From the NCBI GenBank assembly GCA_022450395.1, contig JAKUQE010000013.1, positions 395 through 64,394 on the forward strand: DNA of 64,000 bases. The letters are read 5' to 3'. The stretch is from Dehalococcoidia bacterium (GTDB lineage Bacteria > Chloroflexota > Dehalococcoidia > Lucifugimonadales > UBA3495). A program made the translations under genes and the position numbers. Shown piece after piece: positions 42,152-52,304 of this stretch (the first letter of the stretch is position 1; every line of letters starts with the position of its first letter). The notes beneath the pieces were generated by a model. It was given only the letters and a program-made list of their open reading frames with translations. It did not search any database and was not told where the DNA came from.

Positions 42152-42225
42152 CCGTCATCCCGGCGAAGGCCGGGATCCAGTTGACGTGCCCTGGATTCCC
42201 AATCGGCGGAAGAGCGGGACAGACG
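42152..42225. repeat. REP-like element (GTCATTCCGGCGAAGGCCGGAATCCAG family)
   Basis: ccgtcatcccggcgaaggccgggatccag...ctggattccc; relatives at 61617 and 62608. Confidence 0.75.
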
Positions 42226-42286
42226 ATGGTGAGATGTGAGTGTTGCACAATATTCGGCGATATAAAGCTATTCACGAGACCGGACA

Positions 42287-43324
42287 CTAAACCCGGTAGC
42301 AAGCGACCAGATGGCCTCCGCCCCGGTCCTCCAGGGGAGGATGGGGAGTGGCGTGGCACTCATCGCCGGCTATGGGGCACCGGTCATGAAAGCGGCACCT
42401 GGGCGCCGGGTTCAGGGGCGCTGATAAGTCGCCGATTATATCCACCGGTTCTCGCCGGAATCCGGGTACGGGCACGGGCACAGACGATAGTAGGGCCCTG
42501 GTGTAGGGGTGCAATGGATTTGCCAACAGTTCCTCGGTTTCGGCCACCTCGACGATCTTGCCCAGGTACATCACGGCGATGCGCTGGCACATGTACCTGG
42601 CCACCGCCAGGTCGTGGGTGATGTAAAGATAGGTAACACCCAGGCGCTGGGACAGGTCAAGCATCAACATCATTATCCCGGTGCTGATGGACACGTCCAA
42701 CATGGAGGTTGGCTCATCGGCTACTACGAAACTGGGCTCGATAACCAGGGCCCTGGCGATGGCCACCCTTTGACGTTGTCCGCCGGACAGTTCGTGGGGA
42801 TAGCGAAACAGCATGGTGGCCGGAGGTGTTAACCCCACCAACTCCAACAACTTGGTTACCCGGTCCAAGCGGTCCAGGGAATTGCCGATGCCCTGCACTA
42901 ACAAGGGCTCGGCTATCGTATCGAAAATGGTCCTCCGGGGGTTCATCGACTCATAAGGGTCTTGGAAGATCATCTGGACTTTGCGCCGGAAGTCTTTTAG
43001 TCGTTGCCCCTTGGTTTGGGATATGTCGTCCAACTCGCCATCGACTTTCGCGCCATCTTCTTCCGCCCCATCGAGTTCACGCCCGGCATCGCGGAAAAGT
43101 ATTCTCCCGCTGGTGGGCTCCTGAAGCTTCACCAACAACTTGCCGATGGTTGTTTTACCGCATCCCGATTCTCCCACCAACCCCAACGTCTGTCCCGGAT
43201 AGAGGTCGAAGGACACGCCGTCTACTGCGTGGATGTAACCCTTTGGCCCGCGAAACAGGCTTTTGGTAACGGGGAATAATTTGGTTAGGCCATCTACTTG
43301 GACGATGGGTGTCGGCGAAATCAT
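42287..43324 (-). CDS. Oligopeptide/dipeptide ABC ATPase (OppF-like)
   Basis: GESGCGKTT, LSGGQRQR, HPYT, CRFHDRC. Confidence 0.93.
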   Translation of the reverse strand: MISPTPIVQVDGLTKLFPVTKSLFRGPKGYIHAVDGVSFDLYPGQTLGLVGESGCGKTTIGKLLVKLQEPTSGRILFRDAGRELDGAEEDGAKVDGELDDISQTKGQRLKDFRRKVQMIFQDPYESMNPRRTIFDTIAEPLLVQGIGNSLDRLDRVTKLLELVGLTPPATMLFRYPHELSGGQRQRVAIARALVIEPSFVVADEPTSMLDVSISTGIMMLMLDLSQRLGVTYLYITHDLAVARYMCQRIAVMYLGKIVEVAETEELLANPLHPYTRALLSSVPVPVPGFRREPVDIIGDLSAPLNPAPRCRFHDRCPIAGDECHATPHPPLEDRGGGHLVACYRV

Positions 43325-43411
43325 CGGGGGTGCCGGACGAAATCCCTCCAACCCAATTTTTTAAAGGGGGGCGAGGGTGGATTAATCCTGGAGATTTTTA
43401 ACACGATTTAC

Positions 43412-44389
43412 TTATCCCACCGGGTTCCAGCAGGCCGCCCAATGGCCGTCGCGAACGACTACCGGTGGTTCTTCTTGCTGGCAGATAGCGGTGGCGTAAG
43501 GGCAGCGCGGGTGGAATCGGCAGCCTGTTGGAGGATTTACCAAGTTAGGTGGTTCTCCGCCAAGGGTTGTCAAGGGGCGTTTTTCTCCCCGTATGCTGGG
43601 AAACACCGACAGCAGGGCTTTGGTGTAGGGATGAATGGGGCGCTCGAATACATCGGCCGTGTTGCCCAACTCCACCAGCTTGCCGGCGTACATCACGCCG
43701 ATGCGGTCGGTTACTTCGGCCACGACGGCAATGTCGTGGGTGATGTAAAGCATGCTCATGTTCAGGTCGGTCTGGATCTCCTTGATCTGCCGCAGGATGC
43801 GGTCCTGAACGATAACGTCCAGCGCCGTGGTGGGCTCGTCGGCGATAATCACGTCGGGTTGGCAGGCCAGAGCCATTGCGATAACCGCCCGCTGCCTCAT
43901 TCCCCCGCTGAACTCATGGGGATACCGGTCGGTGAGCCCCGGGTCCAACCCCACCAACCGGAATAGGCGGTCCACCGTCTCCCGGGCTTCTTTCATCGTG
44001 GCGGCCATGTCGTGAGCTTCGATGGCCTCGATGATCTGGTCGCCGACCCGGTGGACCGGGTTCAGGGAGTTCATGGCGGCCTGAAAGATCATGGATATGC
44101 GGCGCCACCGGTACTTTCGCAAGGTGGTATCGTCCATCGTCATCAGGTCTTGGCCGTCCAACAGCACTTGTCCCTTAATGATTAACGCGTTGTCTGGGAG
44201 GAGCTTCATCAAAGTGACGGCGATGGAGGTCTTGCCGCAGCCGGACTCTCCCACCAGCCCTAAAACCTCACCTCGCGCCAGTTCAAAACTGATGCCATCG
44301 ACGGCCTTCACCGTGCCCTGACGGGTCTGGTAATGCATGGTGAGGTCTTTCACCTGCAATACTGGGCCGGTTGTTTTCTCTATGGTCAT
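43412..44389 (-). CDS. Oligopeptide/dipeptide ABC ATPase (OppD-like)
   Basis: GESGCGKTS, FSGGMRQR, GCRFHPRC. Confidence 0.93.
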   Translation of the reverse strand: MTIEKTTGPVLQVKDLTMHYQTRQGTVKAVDGISFELARGEVLGLVGESGCGKTSIAVTLMKLLPDNALIIKGQVLLDGQDLMTMDDTTLRKYRWRRISMIFQAAMNSLNPVHRVGDQIIEAIEAHDMAATMKEARETVDRLFRLVGLDPGLTDRYPHEFSGGMRQRAVIAMALACQPDVIIADEPTTALDVIVQDRILRQIKEIQTDLNMSMLYITHDIAVVAEVTDRIGVMYAGKLVELGNTADVFERPIHPYTKALLSVFPSIRGEKRPLTTLGGEPPNLVNPPTGCRFHPRCPYATAICQQEEPPVVVRDGHWAACWNPVG

Positions 44390-45366
44390 CGGCGCCTCAG
44401 CCGAGGGTTGGCTACTTCATCCAATGCCCGGCCAACCAGATAAAAGGTGCTGCACAAAAGGGTTATCGAGGCGCCCGCCGGGACTATTAGCCACCAGTAC
44501 CGCGCTCCACCCAAGAGATAACCGCCCGTGCTGGCGGTGTGGATCATTATCCCCCAACTCATCCGGATGTTCAGCAACCCAAAGAAGGACAACACCGCCT
44601 CTGAGAAGATCGCCGCAGTGACCGTGAACATCATGTAGAGGAAAGACAAGGGCAGCAGGTTGGGGACGATGTGCGTGAAAATGATATGGAAGCGGCCTCC
44701 TCCGGCTACTCTTGCCGCTTCGATGTAAGGCTTTACGGTGATGCCCAGGGCCTGGGACTTGAGGACAATCGCCGTCCCACCGAATCCGCCCAGCAATCCC
44801 AACACCAGGGCCAGCATAAATAGATTAAGGTCGATCAGGGCGCTGAGCACTATCAACAAGGAGATACCGGGCAGGGAGACTACCAGGTCGGCTAGGCGCA
44901 TGAAAAATGTGTCCACCAAGCCGCCGTAGTAAGCGGCTATTGCTCCCACGGTGGTGGCGATGGAGACGGTTACCAACGCCGCCACTATGCCCAGGATGAA
45001 CTCGGAAGAGGTGCTGGACAGCAACTGGCTCAAAACATCCCGGCCCAGCGGGTCGGTACCCAAAGGGTGGCTCCACGACGGGGGCGCAGGCTGCTCTGTT
45101 TGGTCGAACGCGTACCCGGTAACCGGGTCGTAAGTTCTGTCGTCCCATACCGTGGCCATCAGGATCGGGTGGGACACGGCCATGAGGGCAAAGATTATGA
45201 TCACTACCAGGCCGACGACGCCTATCCGGCTTTCAAGGAAGATGGACCAGCCCTCTCGCAGACCCCGCAGGGCCAGGCGCATCTTGGCGGCGCGGATCTG
45301 TCTTGCCGTCATCATTACCGGTCCATCTTGAGGCTGGGGGGAATTCATGCCGGTTGATTGGATCAC
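44386..45366 (-). CDS. Peptide ABC permease (OppC-like)
   Basis: HPLGTDPLGRD, YIEAARVAG, HIVPN. Confidence 0.92.
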   Translation of the reverse strand: MIQSTGMNSPQPQDGPVMMTARQIRAAKMRLALRGLREGWSIFLESRIGVVGLVVIIIFALMAVSHPILMATVWDDRTYDPVTGYAFDQTEQPAPPSWSHPLGTDPLGRDVLSQLLSSTSSEFILGIVAALVTVSIATTVGAIAAYYGGLVDTFFMRLADLVVSLPGISLLIVLSALIDLNLFMLALVLGLLGGFGGTAIVLKSQALGITVKPYIEAARVAGGGRFHIIFTHIVPNLLPLSFLYMMFTVTAAIFSEAVLSFFGLLNIRMSWGIMIHTASTGGYLLGGARYWWLIVPAGASITLLCSTFYLVGRALDEVANPRLRRR

Positions 45367-46514
45367 TGGTAACGTATCCTGGGGTCCAGAAAGGCGTAAA
45401 GTACGTCGGCCACCAAATGTGCTCCCAAAGCGAAGATTCCTATGAACACGAAGGCGCCCATGGCCAAGGGTAGGTCCTCGGACCGTACCGCCTGGAGCAG
45501 GGTCAGCCCCATGCCGGGCCAGGAAAAGATCGTCTCGGTAATGATTCCTCCGTCGATGGCAAAGGCCAGGCTATATACCAGACTGGTCACCACCGGAAGG
45601 AGCGCGTTTCGGGCGGCGTGCTTATCGCGGACCACGCTTTCTGGCAAGCCTTTCGCCCGGGCCGCCATGACAAAGTCTTCCCTAAGGATCTCCAACATGC
45701 TATTGCGGGTCAACAACATCGTGCCGGCGAAAGATATCAATGTCAGAGTGGCTATGGGTAGGACCATGTGTTTGAGAATGTCCAGGGCCAGATACGCGGT
45801 TCCGGAAAGCCCCCAGGCTATGGGTATCACAACCGCGCCGGCGGCCGCGGCGGGAAGCAGCCAGGTGCGCCAACGCCTACCTCCCGCTTTTTTGGAAATC
45901 AGGATGGCCAAGAAGATGAACACAGTGAATGCCCCGGCGGTGAGCAGCATGTCGTTGAATACGCTGTTGGCGGCAACGGGAGCTTCACGCCACACCAATG
46001 GGTCCAAGAATTTGCCTAAGGGAAACCAGCCCAACTTGAAGGCAAAGGTCCAGATCATCATCAGCGCGAACCAAGGCGTGAACACGGTGAACAAAGTCGC
46101 CCCTGAAATGGTGGCGGTGTATTCCATGATTCCGCCGCGGCGCCATGCCATTGCCTTTCCCAACACAAACCCCAGGTAAAACGAGATGACGGTGGCGGTC
46201 AGGAACAGCACGGCGGTTCGGGGAAGCCGTTCCTTGATGACCTCCATCACCGTGCGCGGGTAGTGGCCGAAGGAAACGCCGAAGTTTCCGGTAAAGGAGT
46301 TCTTGATGTGGAGCAAGTACTGTTCGCCCAGGGACTTGTCCAAGCCGAAGGACGCCTGGATCTTGGCCCTGACGTCCGGAGGAAGGTTCGGGTTCTGGGC
46401 GTACGTGGAGGTGTAGTCGCCAGGTTGGGCTTGGACCAGGAAAAAGGCCAAGCTGATAATCATGAACAGGGTGAGCAGCATCTGTCCGAAGCGGCGCACT
46501 AGGTAGCCGGTCAT
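45363..46514 (-). CDS. Peptide ABC permease (OppB-like)
   Basis: FGLD, ARAKGL...HAARNA, ETIFSWPGMG, LDPRIRY. Confidence 0.92.
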   Translation of the reverse strand: MTGYLVRRFGQMLLTLFMIISLAFFLVQAQPGDYTSTYAQNPNLPPDVRAKIQASFGLDKSLGEQYLLHIKNSFTGNFGVSFGHYPRTVMEVIKERLPRTAVLFLTATVISFYLGFVLGKAMAWRRGGIMEYTATISGATLFTVFTPWFALMMIWTFAFKLGWFPLGKFLDPLVWREAPVAANSVFNDMLLTAGAFTVFIFLAILISKKAGGRRWRTWLLPAAAAGAVVIPIAWGLSGTAYLALDILKHMVLPIATLTLISFAGTMLLTRNSMLEILREDFVMAARAKGLPESVVRDKHAARNALLPVVTSLVYSLAFAIDGGIITETIFSWPGMGLTLLQAVRSEDLPLAMGAFVFIGIFALGAHLVADVLYAFLDPRIRYQ

Positions 46515-46602
46515 AAGGGTATAGCTCCTCGGCCAGCGGTTAGCCACCGGCGGTCAGCCGCCAGCACCTTATCTACCGGGGTTGGACGCTGAAAGCTGAT
46601 TG

Positions 46603-48606
46603 CTATTTAATCACCACCGCAGAGGTCATCCCGTTGGTGCTTTGCAGGCCGCCTAGGGTAGTGGTGTAGGGGAAGGTTAGACGGTCGCTCCGGTAGGACT
46701 CCAGTAGCGGCGTGGTAAACAGCACCACGTAGGGCAGGTCGTCGGCCAGAAATTCCTGCATCTTGAAAACCAGATCCCGGGCTGCGTCAAGATCGGTTTC
46801 GATCAGAAGTTGCTCGGCCAGGGCGTCGAACTCCGGATTCGAGTACCCGCCTCGATTGAGTCCGTCCCCCTCGGCATGGCGTGAGTGGAAGAAGGCTTCC
46901 AGATAATCTGGGAAATTGCTCAATCCCCAGCCCAATATCCAGATGTCGAAACCGTCCGGGTCCGCGATCTTTTCCACGATCACGTTAAAGTCGGTGAGCT
47001 TGGCCTTGGCCGGAATGCCCATGTCATTGAGCCACCGCTCGATCCAGATGGCGAAGGTAGACCGCAGGGGATCGTAACCCGGGCTGGGGGAGAGTATCTC
47101 CAGATCAGGCATCGGGTCGCCGTTGGGGAGTTTCAACCCTTTGCCCTCGACCTCAACGGTGCCATTCTCGCTGACCTTGGGTTCCTTTTCCCAGGTGAAA
47201 CCCGCGTCCTTCAGCAGCTTCACCGCCTCTTCGGTGCGTTCGGTCCGGGACAACCCCTTGCCGATCAACGAGACGTTGGGGTTGTACCAGAACCCGTTCC
47301 CTTCCGGCACGGTGGTGTACATGGGAATAGCGACCCCTTGAAGCACGGTACTGGTCAAGAACTCTTTGTCGATCAGGACTGCTATCGCCTGGCGGAAAGC
47401 TTTGATGTTCATGGGAGGATGGCGCATATTGAAGCCCAGATACCGGAACCCGTTGTTGGCGTTTTCCAATGTTTTCAAGCCCGCCTGGCCCTTCAGTTGT
47501 TCCTGTAACCCCCTTTGGAGACCCAGGGGATTCAGCATGAAGTCTATGTCTCCCTTCTTCAGTGCTAGAACCGCCGTTTCCTGGTTTCCGAAGATACTGT
47601 AGATCGTGCTTTCGGCAAAGGGACCCACGGTATAATCCAAGACTTTTTCGCCGGCGAGTTGGCCGTAGGCGTTGAATTCATAAACGCCAGGTTTAGACTC
47701 GGCGTAGGCCCCGTTGGAATATTGGATGATTGACGAGCCTTCGAAGTAGTGGTCCGGGTTCTTTATCTTTTCGGCGAAGGCCCCGTTCTCCCATTTTTTG
47801 AAGATATAGCCTCCGGCGGAGGGTTCATTCTTGGGCACGTGGGCGTATAGTGCCCTCTGTTGTTCGACGGTGGTACCCTCCTTTTTGGCTTCTTCAACCA
47901 CGGGTTCCCAAAATGCTTTGGACAAAATGGGCATGAAGGCCAATCCAAACTGCCAGCGGGCAAGACCGGGTTTCTGTTTGAAGTAGATTTTCAGCTTGTA
48001 AGGGTCGAGCGCTTCGGCGTGGTCGAAGAATTCAGTATCGACCGACGATGACCAGTTTCCCGAAAGTTCCAAATCCCGGACGGTATGGGCGGTGAAGATA
48101 AAGTCCTCGGCGGTCACGTCATTTCCATCGCTCCACTTCATTCCTTTTTTCAGCTCCACCTCGGTGGTCCAGAACGTCGTGCCGCCTACCGCCTCCTCTA
48201 ATACCGGTGTTGGGAAGTCGGTTGCCGCCGATGGGATCCAGTCGAAACGTTGATCGGAAAGACTGTACAGGGCGGGCTTGCCGCCGGACAATACGTACGA
48301 ATTCCAGATCGTGGTGTCCGGGCCCAGGTAGGCCCAATAGTTGGTGGTGGTGAGATCCTCAAAGATACCCAATTTATAGATCTTTGGCCCGGTCGACTCG
48401 GTAGTTTCGGCGGTCTTGGCCGTTTCGCTGGCTTCTTTTTGCTCGGCCGGCCTCTCGATGAAAACCTCTTTGATCACCTCTTTCTCTACGATCCTTTCCA
48501 CGGGCACTTCTTTAATTACTTCCCTGGTGCACCCTGTGGCGAACGCCACAACAAACACTGCGGCGAGGCCAATCATCAGTTTATTGGCTGGTGACCTGAG
48601 GCTCAT
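46603..48606 (-). CDS. Peptide ABC substrate-binding lipoprotein (family 5)
   Basis: Lipobox ATGC, KWSDG..VTAEDF, FRQAIA..IDK, GYSNPEFD. Confidence 0.9.
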   Translation of the reverse strand: MSLRSPANKLMIGLAAVFVVAFATGCTREVIKEVPVERIVEKEVIKEVFIERPAEQKEASETAKTAETTESTGPKIYKLGIFEDLTTTNYWAYLGPDTTIWNSYVLSGGKPALYSLSDQRFDWIPSAATDFPTPVLEEAVGGTTFWTTEVELKKGMKWSDGNDVTAEDFIFTAHTVRDLELSGNWSSSVDTEFFDHAEALDPYKLKIYFKQKPGLARWQFGLAFMPILSKAFWEPVVEEAKKEGTTVEQQRALYAHVPKNEPSAGGYIFKKWENGAFAEKIKNPDHYFEGSSIIQYSNGAYAESKPGVYEFNAYGQLAGEKVLDYTVGPFAESTIYSIFGNQETAVLALKKGDIDFMLNPLGLQRGLQEQLKGQAGLKTLENANNGFRYLGFNMRHPPMNIKAFRQAIAVLIDKEFLTSTVLQGVAIPMYTTVPEGNGFWYNPNVSLIGKGLSRTERTEEAVKLLKDAGFTWEKEPKVSENGTVEVEGKGLKLPNGDPMPDLEILSPSPGYDPLRSTFAIWIERWLNDMGIPAKAKLTDFNVIVEKIADPDGFDIWILGWGLSNFPDYLEAFFHSRHAEGDGLNRGGYSNPEFDALAEQLLIETDLDAARDLVFKMQEFLADDLPYVVLFTTPLLESYRSDRLTFPYTTTLGGLQSTNGMTSAVVIK

Positions 48607-48838
48607 CTTGTTCTCCCTTGGTTTATCGAGAAAATCGGAACTGAGTAAGAAAAATCAGATTTATTTGCGTTGAATCTGGTTGCGGCGCCTTCGGAGATTC
48701 CGCTGGCGCACGCATGAAGCATGATACCCATCGCCCCCTACTGTGGCAAGGCCGGCATGCTTCTCACAGCGGCAACTATATTAAAAACTACGTTGAATCT
48801 CCATCTCCGGTTTGCCGCATAAAAGACTCTCCATTTCT

Positions 48839-49360
48839 TCATGGAATGTGGCGTTTGGCTTCGCAATCTACCGACGCGAAGTCGTCGGCGCCCTCCTGTC
48901 CATCGCATATATCCATGCCATGGCCTCCGAACAACGAGTCGTTCCCTGCGCCGCCGAACAGGACGTCGTTTCCGTTACCGCCGATAAGGGTGTCATTGCC
49001 CAGGCCGCCAACCAAAACGTCTTCGCCAGCGGATCCAAAAAGAAAGTCGCGTTCGCCCCCGCCACTTAAAAAGTCTCGGCCACCCCGGCCGAATATGAAG
49101 TCGTCGCCTGGACCACCCAAGATCGTATCGTTGCCTTGCCCACCGATAAGGATGTCTTTCCCACCCAGGCCCAAAATCACAACGTCGGCAATTGACCCCC
49201 GGCAGTTGATCAGGTCGTCGCCAGCCGTCCCATAGAAGGACCAGCCCAAACTCCTGGCGTGGCCGGTGCAGGTGACCTGTGCCTGCACCGGGTCGCCGTG
49301 GCCGAACAACGTCAGTAACATGAGCAAGATCAGCGCAGCCGTGATCGTGGGTCTGTTCAT
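48839..49360 (-). CDS. Small secreted protein with RTX/hemolysin-type Ca-binding repeats
   Basis: Signal peptide followed by many GGxGxDx(L/I) nonapeptides. Confidence 0.85.
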   Translation of the reverse strand: MNRPTITAALILLMLLTLFGHGDPVQAQVTCTGHARSLGWSFYGTAGDDLINCRGSIADVVILGLGGKDILIGGQGNDTILGGPGDDFIFGRGGRDFLSGGGERDFLFGSAGEDVLVGGLGNDTLIGGNGNDVLFGGAGNDSLFGGHGMDICDGQEGADDFASVDCEAKRHIP

Positions 49361-49485
49361 CGATCAACTCCTCCCCAACTACATTGTAAGCACATTATTG
49401 TAAGCACATTTGGTAGAGTGGTTTCAAGCCGAAGAGGCGTTTCACCTCGACAACCGCGAACGTAGCGGCGTAACATGTTGAGGCT

Positions 49486-50940
49486 ATGGACCGATTAGTG
49501 AAGCAGCCGGTGATCAAAGGAGTCCGCTATCAACTGGGGCATGCACCGGGCTTGGTGCGCCATGGCTCAAAGCCTTCCCGGGAGATCGAAAAAGACCCCG
49601 CTTTGCTGGACAGCATCACGGCCCATCTTCGCTCCTACCCTGAAGCCGTCGCCTATCCCCCCAACCGCGCTTTCCTGGGCGGCATCTATCCCGACCAACT
49701 GTGGGAGATCGAGCGGCCGTGGTTCCACGGCAACGGCGAATCGCAACGTTGGCTCCCTCACGGCGAAATCATGCCCGAGGAAGAACTGATCGGTCTGCTG
49801 AAGATAGCCGACGCATTCAACCTCGTCTGGCTGGAAGAAGGATTCACCGGCCTCGTCCGGAACGCGTTGGCGGACCATCCCCTGATCACGTCCGGCGACC
49901 TGGACGCCCTGGACGGCGCCAAGAGTCAGTCAGACATTGAAGCTGAAGTGGCAAATGGGGCGGGCACTCTGCCTTTGCATCTACGGGACGGTAGCTTGGT
50001 GGGATGTATCAGGCGCGCCCATGACGAGGACGCCACCCTGACCGCCGACGTCATCCTAGAAAACTTGGCCTGTAAAGTCACCGCCGCCATGGCTCTGCGA
50101 ACCCTTTTGCGGGACCAAGGACTGGACGGCTCTGGCATTGATTATGTGCTAAACACCGGGGAAGAGGCGGTTGGGGAGCGTTACCAGAGAGGCGGGGGGA
50201 ACCTGGCCAAGGCGATCGCCGAGATGTGCGGTCTGGAAAATGCCACCGGTTGCGATGTTAAAGCCTTCTGTTGCGGACCGGTCCACGCTCTGGTCATGGC
50301 CGGCGCGTTGGTGAGCTCGGGCCTGTACCGCCAAGTTGCGGTGGTCGGTGGCTGTTCCCTGGCCAAGCTGGGCATGAAATTTCAAGGACACCTGCAGCAC
50401 GACCAACCGATATTGGAGGACATCCTGGCCTCGGTGGCCGTTCTCGTGGGCGAAGATGACGGGACAAGCCCAGTGCTGCGGCTGGACTCGGTAGGCCGTC
50501 ACACCGTGGGGGCTGGCTCCAGCCAGCAGGCCATCTTCGAGCAGTTGATTTCCGTCCCCTTGGAAAACCTGGGATTGGGTTTTCAAGACATCGATAAGTA
50601 CGCCACCGAGTTACACAATCCCGAGGTAACCGAGCCCGCCGGAAGCGGGGACGTGCCCAAGCTGAACTACCGCCTCATCGGCGCGTTGGCCGTGCGCCAC
50701 CAAGAGATTGAAAGAGAAGCTTTGACGGACTTCGTGGAAGTCCACGGCATGCCCGGCTTTTCGCCTACCCAAGGACATATCGCCTCCGCCGTCCCCTTCC
50801 TCGGCCACGCCGTGGAGCGAATGATGGATGGTAGAATGAATCGAGCCATGTTCCTGGCCAAAGGGAGCCTGTTCTTGGGCCGCATGACCCAGATGTCCGA
50901 CGGCCTGTCCTTTATTTTAGAGGCAAATCCAAGCAAATAG
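49486..50940 (+). CDS. grdC: Glycine/sarcosine/betaine reductase component C, GrdC-like subunit
   Basis: AHDEDATL...ENLACK, EEAVGERYQRGGGNLAKAIAE, FCCGP, PGFSPTQGHIAS, KGSLFLGRMT. Confidence 0.88.
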   Translation: MDRLVKQPVIKGVRYQLGHAPGLVRHGSKPSREIEKDPALLDSITAHLRSYPEAVAYPPNRAFLGGIYPDQLWEIERPWFHGNGESQRWLPHGEIMPEEELIGLLKIADAFNLVWLEEGFTGLVRNALADHPLITSGDLDALDGAKSQSDIEAEVANGAGTLPLHLRDGSLVGCIRRAHDEDATLTADVILENLACKVTAAMALRTLLRDQGLDGSGIDYVLNTGEEAVGERYQRGGGNLAKAIAEMCGLENATGCDVKAFCCGPVHALVMAGALVSSGLYRQVAVVGGCSLAKLGMKFQGHLQHDQPILEDILASVAVLVGEDDGTSPVLRLDSVGRHTVGAGSSQQAIFEQLISVPLENLGLGFQDIDKYATELHNPEVTEPAGSGDVPKLNYRLIGALAVRHQEIEREALTDFVEVHGMPGFSPTQGHIASAVPFLGHAVERMMDGRMNRAMFLAKGSLFLGRMTQMSDGLSFILEANPSK

Positions 50941-50954
50941 CGGCGACCCCCCAT

Positions 50955-51050
50955 CCCTTCGGCTGCGCTCAGGGCAGGCGCTAACCTTCCACCGCAAGGG
51001 GGAAAGGGATTTGTCCTCTCCTCCTTTACGGGGGAGAGTTAGAGAGGGGG
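50955..51050. repeat. Composite REP-like elements between grdC and grdA
   Basis: cccttcggctgcgctcagggcaggc, then cttccaccgcaagggggaaggg and ctctcc...ggggagagttagagagggg hairpins. Confidence 0.65.
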
Positions 51051-51072
51051 AACCCATGGGAGGTCTGCACCG

Positions 51073-51528
51073 ATGCAACTCAAAGGTATGAGAGTAATTG
51101 CTCTGGGAGAACGGGACGGGGTCCAAGGGTCCGCCATCGCCAACTGCGCCCGCAGTTCCGGAGCGGAAGTGGTTCTGGAGATGACCCACTGTTTCGTTTG
51201 AACCGCCGCCGGCGCCCTTGACCTGGAGGGTCAAGAAGATATCAAGCGGATCGTCGACCAGATAGGCACCGACAACCTCGTCGTCCTGCTGGGCACCCCC
51301 ACCCCCGAGAGCACCAAGCTCTACGCCACCACCGTTACCGACGGCGACCCCTCGTGGGCCGGAGCTTTGGCGGGCGAGGCCCTGGGTCTCCCCGCCTACC
51401 ACATCACCGAGCCGGAGATCAAAGAACAGATCGACTCGGCCACTTACGACCTGGAAGTTGGCTTGGCCGACATCGCCTTAGACGCCGAGGAGATTGCCCG
51501 CGCCATCAAAGAGGTGCGGGGCGGATAA
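51073..51528 (+). CDS. grdA: Reductase complex selenoprotein A, 151 aa, Sec43 (UGA 51199-51201)
   Basis: Manual translation: MQLKGMRVIALGERDGVQGSAI...THCFV-U-TAAGALDLE...TVTDGDPSWAGALAG..LGLPAYHI.EPE. GGAGG SD; hairpin CTTGACC-TGGAG-GGTCAAG at 51217-51235. Confidence 0.95.
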
Positions 51529-51781
51529 CATAAATTTGCCTTCCAAAGTTTTCCGGACAACGCCTAACGGTGGAGATCAGCGGCAGCGGGAAGATGGCAA
51601 GACCAACTGCAATCTTAACCTATCCCAATAGGCGAAATTGGCCGCATCAAATCAGAACGGTCTTAGTAGTCCGCTACATTGATATTTCAAACAGTACTCT
51701 GCCCCTGTAAAACCAACTCTGTACGTGCCTCCACTTTCCCAGGGCGATGCGGACGAGCGGCCAGCGCTCAAGATTGACCAA

Positions 51782-52042
51782 CTATCTTGCAATCGTGTGT
51801 AACTCTTCTCGAATGACTTTCCGCAGGGTGGTCTCAAGTATGTTGTCTCGATACTGAAGGTACTCGCGCAATGCATCATTGATTAGCGTTTGGTAGTTGC
51901 CGCCTCCCGCCTCATGAACTTGATGGCGAAACTTGTTCAAGATATCCGTATCGATCCGAATCGTGATGCGGGATTTGCCAGGGGATGGCTTCACCACTGC
52001 CCCTTGCTCAGCCTGGTCAAAGTTGTACTCTTTTTCGCTCAT
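51782..52042 (-). CDS. BrnA-family antitoxin
   Basis: EYNF...KSRITIRIDTDIL..F...GGNYQTLINDALREY. Confidence 0.9.
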   Translation of the reverse strand: MSEKEYNFDQAEQGAVVKPSPGKSRITIRIDTDILNKFRHQVHEAGGGNYQTLINDALREYLQYRDNILETTLRKVIREELHTIAR

Positions 52043-52298
52043 AAGTTCTCCGCTCCGGTCTTGTGGCACGGCGTGCCGAAATCAAGCGAATGTCTTCGTG
52101 ACGATAGGTATAGACCACGATCAGCACACGTCCAAGAAAGTCCATACCGAGCGTGACAAACCGCTGTTCGTCTTCTACATAGTGTTCTTTGATGGTCAAT
52201 GCCCATTGGTCTTCGAATACACCTGCCGCATCTGAGAAATCGATTTTGTGGTTGTCCAGATTGGCTTGAGCTTTGTCACGATCCCACTGGAAGCTCAT
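52017..52298 (-). CDS. BrnT-family toxin
   Basis: FQWD..KA..N..H.IDF.DA..VF.D, EQRF, IRLISARRAT. Confidence 0.92.
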   Translation of the reverse strand: MSFQWDRDKAQANLDNHKIDFSDAAGVFEDQWALTIKEHYVEDEQRFVTLGMDFLGRVLIVVYTYRHEDIRLISARRATRPERRTYERKRVQL

Positions 52299-52304
52299 GA
52301 AGTT

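Noticed and set aside
50917-51402. 161-aa minus-strand ORF
   Set aside because: Antisense to grdA and runs through REP elements.
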